Source: Candidatus Hadarchaeota archaeon (GTDB lineage: Archaea > CAYQAE01 > CAYVLA01). From it: a DNA stretch of 64,000 bases. The notes under the pieces were generated by a model. It saw only the letters and a list, made by a program, of their open reading frames with translations. It did not search any database and was not told the origin of the DNA. The position numbers and the translations under genes were made by a program. Below, piece by piece: positions 56,756 to 64,000 of the stretch. Position 1 is the stretch's first letter, and every line of letters begins with the position of its first letter. The stretch covers positions 32,001 through 96,000 of the forward strand of contig CAZUNO010000002.1 of the NCBI GenBank assembly GCA_964621445.1, in the 5' to 3' direction.

Positions 56756-57556
56756 GTGGTGCTTGGTAAGAGATTTCAGATGAGTTATATAGAAACCTCT
56801 ATGGACCCGAGAATCGAGAGACATGTCCGCGAAATAAACCGGTGTAACCAGAGAGGAGGTCGCATGCTGTCCATCCTGGACCTATTGGACGCGGGTACAC
56901 TGGATCGGGATATGGCGACATCCCTAATTGCTATGATGCTCGATGGCAAGTCCTTCCTGGTGGGAGCAAGGCCGGGAGGTGCGGGTAAGACCACGGTGAT
57001 GGGTGCGTTTCTAAATTTTATACCTGACATAGAGATCGTCCCCACTGAGAATAGCCAGGTGATCGAGCAAGGTCTGGATGATTCTCAAAGGAAATGCTAT
57101 GTGGCGCACGAGATAGGATCGGGTAGCTGGTATGCCTACATATGGGGTCAAGACGTGTCAAATTTCCTGGAACTGGCAGATACCCACATGATTGCCGGAA
57201 ATCTACATGCCGACACCGTCGAAGATGTATTAACGGCGTCCGGTATCAGACAGGACAATATTACACAACTTGAGCTGCTCATATTCCTCAAGATGGAAAG
57301 GGGATTTGGGTCCACGATAAGAAGGATAAATACGATTTACGAGAATATGGGAAGAGATGGTCCCGATGCCTTCAAGCCAATCTACACCTGGAGGGAGGAA
57401 GATGATGATTTCGAGAAGATCGGGGACCCCTCCATGGTGGAAACCTCTGAACTTCGATCCGCAGAGGAATTGCTTGATAGAATCGTTGGAAATGAACTAC
57501 GTAAAATAGAGGAGGTTCGGGCTCTGGCCCTCGAATACCTCGATGAGGAGAAATAG
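56756..57556 (+). CDS. P-loop ATPase related to the VirB11/CpaF C-terminal domain
   Basis: LSILDLLDAGTLD, GARPGGAGKTT, AHEIG, GNLHAD, RRIN.I.E. Confidence 0.65.
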   Translation: MVLGKRFQMSYIETSMDPRIERHVREINRCNQRGGRMLSILDLLDAGTLDRDMATSLIAMMLDGKSFLVGARPGGAGKTTVMGAFLNFIPDIEIVPTENSQVIEQGLDDSQRKCYVAHEIGSGSWYAYIWGQDVSNFLELADTHMIAGNLHADTVEDVLTASGIRQDNITQLELLIFLKMERGFGSTIRRINTIYENMGRDGPDAFKPIYTWREEDDDFEKIGDPSMVETSELRSAEELLDRIVGNELRKIEEVRALALEYLDEEK

Positions 57557-57561
57557 GGTTA

Positions 57562-59457
57562 TCACTTACCCTTTAACTGATCGGCGACGTACTCCAACCC
57601 CAGGTCCCTCAGTTTTCCAAAGGTTGGAACGCCATCTCCATCCCATCCGCACAGCTCATAGTACTCATCCAGCATCTCATCGAGTCTCACCACCATGCCC
57701 TCACAGGGCCCGCTCCTATGCGGTTCCTCCAAACAACGGGCAGGAAGGGAGTCATCCGCCCTACCAAATCCCTCTCGAACGTTGAATGCCCTGGTGAGGT
57801 TATCTATTCTCTCCCCTATCTCCAGGAATTTCCCCATGCTATATCCAAATCCGGTGGCTGCATTTACCATTTTCAAAACCGTATTTTCATCGTAGGCAAA
57901 GGAGGAGAAAAGGCATAGACCGGTGGAGTCCCAAACCACAGCTATATTTTCAGTCCCCGCCCTTACTTCCTGTGCTTTTCCCTCAGTGGTCTTGGGGTCC
58001 ATAGGGTCCCAACCCATCAGCTCCCTTCCCGCGGTCCAAGGGCGGAGGTGACAGGCACCCCTGTCGGATCTTGCATATGACAGGCCCATCCCCTGGGCTG
58101 CTCTGGGCATATATGCAGGGAACTCAAGCCCCTTTGTGTGCATTGCAAAGCGCTCGGAGTCCCCGCCGATCTCCTCTGCCGCTCTCTTAACGCCATTTCC
58201 AACCAGTTTACCCAATTTGCCTATTAGGGTTCCCGCCCTATTCACGGCTTCCAGAAGGGCCCCGCAGTCACCGAATTTCAGGTCCACGCCGTCTATATCT
58301 TCAGGCGAGATCAACCCCTTCTCTCGGCATTCCATGAGGAAGCCGATCGTATTTCCAACCGAGATGGTATCCATCCCGTAGTAATCCGAAAGGTAATCCC
58401 CTCTTGCTATGGTCTCCCGATCAGCGATCCCACACTGGGGGCCAAATGCCCAAACCGTCTCGTATTCCGGGCCTTCAGTCACAGTTCCGGCCATCGGACC
58501 TTCTGACACCACCCCGACATGGGCACACTGGATGGGGCAATTCCAGCAGGGACGGCTGCCGGGTGCCTCCCTCGGCACCCAGAGCTTCTTGGAAAAGGAT
58601 TCCCCGCTGACTGCCTCAACCTCTTCGAAACTGCCCTCTTGAAAATTCCTGGTCGGCCACCCTCCGGCCTCATTTATACCATGGATTATATTACAGGTCC
58701 CCCTGATCACAAGGGCCCCTTCCTTCGACCTGCTAGTTCTGAAATCCTCGGCTATCTTCCTATGGGCCTCCTTCACCGCCTCCAGGAAATTCTCCTCGTC
58801 CTTGACCAGATCTCCAGGTCCTTTAACATTACCACTCACAACTATGGCCTTTAGCCCCTTGGAGCCCATTACCGCCCCTGCTCCCCCACGGCCTGCCGCC
58901 CTCACCTCGGAAAGTATGCTTGCCAGCAATGCGCCACGCTCGCCGGCGGGGCCTATCTCAAGGACCTTTGAGCGCCGTTTTCCGGAGTGTTTATCCTTTA
59001 GAAACCGCTCAGTGGTGAAGGTATCCGCACCCCAGAGCCAACTTGCATCCTCCAATTCGCAACCATGTTCGTCTATTGCCAGGTACTTTGGATCCTCAGA
59101 CATTCCCTCGACAATAATTCCATCAAATCCAGACCACTTCAATTCTGGACCCCAAGACCCTCCACAATGGGAATCAAGCCATGTGCCGGTCAGAGGTGAT
59201 TTAGTGCAGATGCAGAAACGGTTACCTGTAGGGGCCCGGGTCCCAGTTAAGGGACCGGTCATGAACATGATTTTATTTTCCTCTCCAAGGGGATCAACGC
59301 CCCTTTTCATCTCCTGGAAAAGGGTTCCGGCGCAGTAACCCTTTCCTCCCAGAAGTGAATTTGTCATCTCACGGCTTGTTTCCTCCTCTTCCACAGTATC
59401 AGAGGATAGGTTAACTCTCAACATCTTTCCATTGAACCCAGACCAATCGGACGACAT
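57562..59457 (-). CDS. aor: Tungsten aldehyde:ferredoxin oxidoreductase family protein
   Basis: LRVNLS, KSPLTG, IGPAGE, AGRGGAGAVMGSKGLKAI, CWNCPIQC, GPEYET, GMDTIS, RGACH, DSTGLC. Confidence 0.93.
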   Translation of the reverse strand: MSSDWSGFNGKMLRVNLSSDTVEEEETSREMTNSLLGGKGYCAGTLFQEMKRGVDPLGEENKIMFMTGPLTGTRAPTGNRFCICTKSPLTGTWLDSHCGGSWGPELKWSGFDGIIVEGMSEDPKYLAIDEHGCELEDASWLWGADTFTTERFLKDKHSGKRRSKVLEIGPAGERGALLASILSEVRAAGRGGAGAVMGSKGLKAIVVSGNVKGPGDLVKDEENFLEAVKEAHRKIAEDFRTSRSKEGALVIRGTCNIIHGINEAGGWPTRNFQEGSFEEVEAVSGESFSKKLWVPREAPGSRPCWNCPIQCAHVGVVSEGPMAGTVTEGPEYETVWAFGPQCGIADRETIARGDYLSDYYGMDTISVGNTIGFLMECREKGLISPEDIDGVDLKFGDCGALLEAVNRAGTLIGKLGKLVGNGVKRAAEEIGGDSERFAMHTKGLEFPAYMPRAAQGMGLSYARSDRGACHLRPWTAGRELMGWDPMDPKTTEGKAQEVRAGTENIAVVWDSTGLCLFSSFAYDENTVLKMVNAATGFGYSMGKFLEIGERIDNLTRAFNVREGFGRADDSLPARCLEEPHRSGPCEGMVVRLDEMLDEYYELCGWDGDGVPTFGKLRDLGLEYVADQLKGK

Positions 59458-59500
59458 GAAGGGTGTAACCTCCCTTATCTCATTTAACTATTGGCAGTGA

Positions 59501-60274
59501 TTAGTAGGTTGGAGATTCCTCATACATTATGAGGAAAAGCTTCACCACCATGGCAACCAGGCCAAATATAATTCCAGCTATGATTACCATCATTAGAGGC
59601 CCGATTTTATCCCTTGAGCCGAACTCTACATAAACCCTGGCCTGTTCAGCACTCCTTTCGGTGAATACCCAGGTTATGGTCTGGGCGTCCTCGGTGAAGG
59701 GCAGCACGGTTACATTTTCCGTGGGAAGGAAATTTGACACAACCTCCCCAGGGGGCAGGTGGACGAGGACTTTGGTTTTGTTCGATACAAGATTGCATTC
59801 TGCAGTTACCATCGAGAATCTCTTACGGCTTCCTCCTCCTACCAGAAATGGATTCGCGTAATGCCTTACATCCTCCACTACATCCAGAAGCTTTATCTCG
59901 GTGTTAATCCAGGCCATCTCATCACATTGGGAAAGATCGAGGAACAGCTCCGTCCTATCCTTTGCGAATTGTGGATCCTGAACTGCCTTGCATCCCCCCA
60001 GTGTAACCTTGAACCTATCCTCGGGAGTTAGGATCTCCCCCGGTCCCTCGAATATATGGTCGATGCCAAAGGGATAGGTTATCTTCACCTGTCCATTCCA
60101 GTTCTTTACTCCCTCAATTGACATATGGTGTTCTAGATTGACCTCTCCATCCTTTTCAAACTGAATTTCAAACTGCTGAAAGGAAATCAAAGGCTTAGTA
60201 TACTCCCCACCGACATTAACGGAAACAAGTAATAATGACAGAAGGAGCCCCAGCCTCACCGGTTTCCCGCTCAT
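59501..60274 (-). CDS. Exported, C-terminally membrane-anchored protein of unknown function
   Basis: Signal peptide, beta-rich body, C-terminal TM helix. Confidence 0.6.
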   Translation of the reverse strand: MSGKPVRLGLLLSLLLVSVNVGGEYTKPLISFQQFEIQFEKDGEVNLEHHMSIEGVKNWNGQVKITYPFGIDHIFEGPGEILTPEDRFKVTLGGCKAVQDPQFAKDRTELFLDLSQCDEMAWINTEIKLLDVVEDVRHYANPFLVGGGSRKRFSMVTAECNLVSNKTKVLVHLPPGEVVSNFLPTENVTVLPFTEDAQTITWVFTERSAEQARVYVEFGSRDKIGPLMMVIIAGIIFGLVAMVVKLFLIMYEESPTY

Positions 60275-60334
60275 GTTTCCAGCCCACCCATTTCTAGAAT
60301 GCTTTTCACATTGAAATAGTAGGCCATCGACCTC

Positions 60335-60859
60335 CTAAATCTTGTTGGATAGCTTCCTAACAGCCTCTATCAAAGCTCCTTCCTCAAAAAGCAAGGCCAC
60401 CACGGGAATCCTCACCACCTTCTCAAGCGTATTTGCGGCGATCGGTCCACAGATTATCCCCTTCATCTTCTCCCTTTCAGCCCGTATACCCTGAATGATC
60501 TCCTCCTCTATAGTCATTGCCGGATATTCTCGGATGGCTATGGGCTTCGATTTGCCTTCCAGGGAAACAGTCCGCCTTAAGGTATCCAGAGCCCCTCTTG
60601 CGGTTATCACGCCTATAGTCAGCTCCACCTCGGCACGGTCTATTTTTCTCATGGACCTAACCAACTTCCTGAGACTGGAAAGCATGAAGTCCTCCCTCGT
60701 TCCGGCCAATATCTTGTATAGTGTGTTCTTGGGAATGACCTCCGTCCTATCACAGAACTCCTTGGCGGATAGATTCCTCTCCGCCAGGAATGTCTTTATT
60801 GCCTCCACTAGCTCGTCCGTCGATTCAATTGAGGCCATCAGCACATCGTCAGCATCCAT
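60335..60859 (-). CDS. Archaeal HTH transcriptional regulator
   Basis: IPKNTLYKIL.G.R HTH followed by IGVITARGALD...IREYPA.TIEEEI...GIICGPI; divergent from the ABC operon. Confidence 0.75.
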   Translation of the reverse strand: MDADDVLMASIESTDELVEAIKTFLAERNLSAKEFCDRTEVIPKNTLYKILAGTREDFMLSSLRKLVRSMRKIDRAEVELTIGVITARGALDTLRRTVSLEGKSKPIAIREYPAMTIEEEIIQGIRAEREKMKGIICGPIAANTLEKVVRIPVVALLFEEGALIEAVRKLSNKI

Positions 60860-60893
60860 TTATTTTCCTCCCAGGAAAAATTGATCGAATATA

Positions 60894-60952
60894 CTATTAA
60901 GCTTTTTCCTATTAAGGTTAATTATATTCCTCATACAGAAAAAGCTTTTAAG
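60894..60952. promoter_or_regulatory. Back-to-back BRE/TATA promoters (regulator versus ABC operon)
   Basis: Plus strand GAAAAAGC-TTTTAAG (60938-60952); minus strand GGAAAAAGC-TTAATAG (60894-60909). Confidence 0.65.
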
Positions 60953-60974
60953 ATAGTCTCATGCCCGGTTTCCG

Positions 60975-61964
60975 GTGACAATGTTGAATATCCGAAGCCT
61001 TGGGGCCATTATCGTGACAACCGCCCTGGTGACCCTAGCAGCAGCTTGCATAATGACGCCGGAGGAGGCCCACATTAGATATGGTGGTCAGTACTATCCG
61101 GGGGAGTTCCTACTTTACGGTTTAGGGGAGGAATTCTGGAATGAATACGACCTTAACGTAAGCCATATCATCTTCAGCTCGGCCGGAGAAAGTAACCAAG
61201 CCCTCATATCGGGTGATATCGACATTAACTGTGGAGCCGATAGTAGAACCGTTGCCCTGTTCAATGCCATACCGGACCAAGCTCTGGTCATAGGTACCGT
61301 TCAGAGAGGGAACAGGTACTCCACTGTAGTTAGAAAGGATAGTGAATATCAAAATTGGAACGACCTGAAGGGAGAAAAGATAGGATTAAAACTCGGGACT
61401 GGAGCGGAGGGCGTACTCCGCAAGTATTTCGACCAGGAAGGTCTGGGCTGGAATGACTACGAATGGATCAATCTGAATGTGGAGGACATGATCGCCAACC
61501 TCGAGCAAGGCACGATAGAGGCATTTCACGCCTGGGAATTCACACCTTCGATTGCTGAGGCAAAGGGCGTGGGCGTTGTAATGAGAACCTATGGAGACGT
61601 GGCCCTGGTACCGGCATCTATCCACACTACTAAGGAGTTCGCCAAGAATAACCGGGATGCAGTGGTTCGATTTCTAGCCGCACACCTTGAGAAGGCGGAT
61701 ATGATCGCAAATGATCCCCAAAATGCAGCCGGGATAGCCTCCGCGGCGGCGGACGAAATGGGCCTTGATGTATCAGAGGACGCATTCATTAGGGTCTTTG
61801 GAAGGATCAACTTCCAGATAGAGTTCAACGAGACGGTCATAGACGCCATTAGATCAACAGCTCAGTTCCTTGAATCCGAGGGCAAGATCGAGGAAGCCCC
61901 CGAAATAGTTGCAGATTCGAGTTATCTCGAGGAAGCCAAGGAACTCTACGAAAGCAGGAAATAG
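60975..61964 (+). CDS. NitT/TauT-family ABC substrate-binding protein
   Basis: Signal/anchor, ALISGDID, DLKGEKIG, AFHAWE. Confidence 0.85.
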   Translation: MTMLNIRSLGAIIVTTALVTLAAACIMTPEEAHIRYGGQYYPGEFLLYGLGEEFWNEYDLNVSHIIFSSAGESNQALISGDIDINCGADSRTVALFNAIPDQALVIGTVQRGNRYSTVVRKDSEYQNWNDLKGEKIGLKLGTGAEGVLRKYFDQEGLGWNDYEWINLNVEDMIANLEQGTIEAFHAWEFTPSIAEAKGVGVVMRTYGDVALVPASIHTTKEFAKNNRDAVVRFLAAHLEKADMIANDPQNAAGIASAAADEMGLDVSEDAFIRVFGRINFQIEFNETVIDAIRSTAQFLESEGKIEEAPEIVADSSYLEEAKELYESRK

Positions 61965-61978
61965 GTTTGTGAAAGAGA

Positions 61979-62785
61979 ATGCAGGAGAGCGGATTTAAGA
62001 AACACATCTATGAGTTTCTCTCCTTCGTCCTCCCTCTCCTGATATTTGCTGCAGCATGGGAATCCATATCTCGATCTGGCTTCATTAAACCCATATTATT
62101 GCCACCGCCCTCGGATATTCTGAATCGAATCTACCTGGAGGCCACCAAGGGAGCCGGGGAGATCGGTGTTTTTGACCACGTCTTCAACAGCCTTTATCGA
62201 TTGGTCCTCGGCTTCACAACCGGAGCATCGGTTGGCGCCCTCACTGGATTGGCGATGGGGACCAACAAGGCCATATACAGGTATCTTAATCCAATAGTAA
62301 GCGTCCTCATGCCGGTTCCGGGGATCACCTGGACCCCCATATTGGTCCTGGTTCTTGGATTTGGCGACCCAACCCTGATCACCATCACCTTCATAGCCTC
62401 CTTTTTCCCGGTCGTCTATAATACGGCTAGCGGTGTCCGCAGTGTTAACCGCGATTTCCTTCGAGCTGGGAGCATAATGGGTGCGAGAAGGACCGATACC
62501 TTCTTTCGCATACTTGTTCCTGCCAGCGCCGCCTACATCATTACTGGCCTCAAACTCGGGCTCGCCCGGGGCTGGAGAACACTCATAGCGTGCGAAATGA
62601 TCGCTGCTGCCCTCAAAGGTCTCGGCTACTGGATATTCGACGCAAAGGAATACCTGAGGACCGATATCATATATGGCGGCATACTGGTGATGGCGGTGAT
62701 ATTCGTCCTTGTGGACAGGATAGGATTTGCCTTCCTGGAAAGAAGAACCATAGAAAAATGGGGGATGGCAACTGAAATCTCTTAA
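61979..62785 (+). CDS. NitT/TauT-family ABC permease
   Basis: LLPPPS, SLYRL, NTASGVRSV...MGA, WRTLIACEM. Confidence 0.9.
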   Translation: MQESGFKKHIYEFLSFVLPLLIFAAAWESISRSGFIKPILLPPPSDILNRIYLEATKGAGEIGVFDHVFNSLYRLVLGFTTGASVGALTGLAMGTNKAIYRYLNPIVSVLMPVPGITWTPILVLVLGFGDPTLITITFIASFFPVVYNTASGVRSVNRDFLRAGSIMGARRTDTFFRILVPASAAYIITGLKLGLARGWRTLIACEMIAAALKGLGYWIFDAKEYLRTDIIYGGILVMAVIFVLVDRIGFAFLERRTIEKWGMATEIS

Positions 62786-62828
62786 CGGGACACGGAAGCT
62801 GAAGGATTTCACGATCTTCCTCCTCCCC

Positions 62829-63548
62829 ATGGCCTCCTTGGTAGCGATTTGGTGGGTCACATATCATCTTGACATAATACGAGTTCTGCCCTCGCCAGCC
62901 GAAGTTGCCTCCACATTGGTTGGCGAATGGTCAATGCTGGCCTCAGATTTGGCCACTAGCGCCTTTAGAATCGCTATCGGGTTCTCCATCGCCATGATCA
63001 TGGGCATACCAATCGGTCTGCTGATGGGCACCAACCGATATGCTTACTTCCTCCTAAGACCCGTCTTCGCGCTACTACTTCCAGTTCCAACCCTGGCCTG
63101 GGTTCCAATCCTACTTATTTTGTGGGGCATAGGCAATCAGACCATCATCTTTGCCATATTCCTTGGAGGATTCTTCAGCATTACCTACAATACGGCCACT
63201 GGCGTACGCAGTATAGATAAGGACCTGATTCTAGCCGCCAAGGTAATGGGGGCCTCAAGATGGGGCCTTCTCAAGAAGGTTCTGCTTCCGGGGTCAATGG
63301 TTTCCATGTTGGCCGGGCTCAGGCTGGCGGTGGGTTATTCCTGGAGAGCCTTGGTTGGGGCTGAGATGCTAGCTGCGGCCAATGCAGGGTTGGGGTTTAG
63401 AGTTTTCAATGCCCGGAGGTTTATGGCAGTTGACGTAATGTTTGCCAGTTTAGTAATAATCATGATCGCAGGATTCTTCATGGAGCGTTTCCTAATAGCT
63501 CCCCTTGAGGAGAGGACGGTGAAGAGATGGGGAATGCTGAGGATATAG
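62829..63548 (+). CDS. NitT/TauT-family ABC permease (start may lie upstream at 62772)
   Basis: LPSPAEV, NTATGVRSI...VMGA, WRALVGAEML. Confidence 0.9.
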   Translation: MASLVAIWWVTYHLDIIRVLPSPAEVASTLVGEWSMLASDLATSAFRIAIGFSIAMIMGIPIGLLMGTNRYAYFLLRPVFALLLPVPTLAWVPILLILWGIGNQTIIFAIFLGGFFSITYNTATGVRSIDKDLILAAKVMGASRWGLLKKVLLPGSMVSMLAGLRLAVGYSWRALVGAEMLAAANAGLGFRVFNARRFMAVDVMFASLVIIMIAGFFMERFLIAPLEERTVKRWGMLRI

Positions 63549-64000
63549 TTCGCTCCAGCAAATACAAACTGGAAGCCAGAAATATCCGCAAGGAGTTCAA
63601 TGACGGCGAATCAAGCGTCGTGGCCATCGAAGATCTCAACCTTTCGGTCGATCAAAGCGAGTTCTGCGTACTTGTCGGGCCTTCAGGATGCGGTAAATCC
63701 ACTTTTCTATATCTTGCCGCCGGCTTCGAAAAGCCCACCTCGGGTGAAATACTTCTGAATGGGACACCGATTGATGGCCCTGGTCCCGATCGCGGATTTG
63801 TTTTCCAGGAATTCGCCCTCTACCCCTGGAAGACAGTGCTATCAAACGTGAGTTTCGGTCTGGAGATTCAGGGAATGGACAAGACAGAAGCAAGGAAAAG
63901 GGCCGAGAAGTACATAAGGACAATAGGTTTAGAGGGCTTCGAAAACTCCTATCCCCATACTCTATCCGGGGGAATGAAGCAGCGCGTTGGCATTGCTCGG
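63527..64000 (+). CDS. NitT/TauT-family ABC ATPase (partial, runs off the right edge)
   Basis: Translated by hand: MGNAEDIV...VGPSGCGKST...FVFQEFALYPWKTV...YPHTLSGGMKQRVGIAR. Confidence 0.9.
   Translation, partial: MGNAEDIVRSSKYKLEARNIRKEFNDGESSVVAIEDLNLSVDQSEFCVLVGPSGCGKSTFLYLAAGFEKPTSGEILLNGTPIDGPGPDRGFVFQEFALYPWKTVLSNVSFGLEIQGMDKTEARKRAEKYIRTIGLEGFENSYPHTLSGGMKQRVGIAR

Noticed and set aside
59501-59600. C-terminal TM of the 257-aa exported protein as a third sortase signal
   Set aside because: It lacks the I-x-[DE]-x-P motif and ends in an acidic rather than basic tail.
60899-60947. Inverted repeat AAGCTTTTTC / GAAAAAGCTT as an operator or mobile-element end
   Set aside because: Explained more simply by two back-to-back BRE/TATA promoters.
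1-64000. CRISPR arrays, transposases, integrases, rRNA genes
   Set aside because: None seen by eye: no regularly spaced repeats, recombinase motifs or long non-coding conserved blocks.

Overview
This window comes from an archaeal chromosome, shown by an archaeal-type IleRS, GatA, RadA with a multi-OB RPA, ABCE1/RLI, a tRNA-splicing endonuclease, a JAMM protease, a tungsten AOR, BRE/TATA promoters and many TTG/GTG starts. The lineage cannot be fixed from the sequence alone. The left ~24 kb is accessory: bacterial-style glycan-active genes (two DUF4838 proteins, a sulfatase, a beta-helix protein, beta-propellers, a deacetylase), two secreted proteins with PEF-CTERM-like tails, a tandem PRC-barrel pair and an orphan PAS histidine kinase. 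A tRNA-Ser(GCT) at 21322-21460 (-) carries three introns (15/16, 29/30, 37/38), and the EndA at 50887-52008 is a fused two-unit enzyme with a crenarchaeal-specific-loop-like insert. The main candidate for a new system is 36584-50897. It combines an ArnC/DPM1-like GT2, an ArnD-family deacylase, an ArnE/F-like small flippase, a GT4, a nucleotide-sugar dehydrogenase, an archaeosortase/exosortase and a LolCDE/MacB-type ABC transporter. One permease of that transporter is a 2098-aa fusion of a MacB head, ~11 Ig-like repeats, an FtsX domain and a GT-C-like glycosyltransferase. The suggested role (inference) is building an amino-sugar glycolipid that modifies or anchors surface proteins, possibly in a GPI-like way. 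All family calls come from motif recognition, not database searches.
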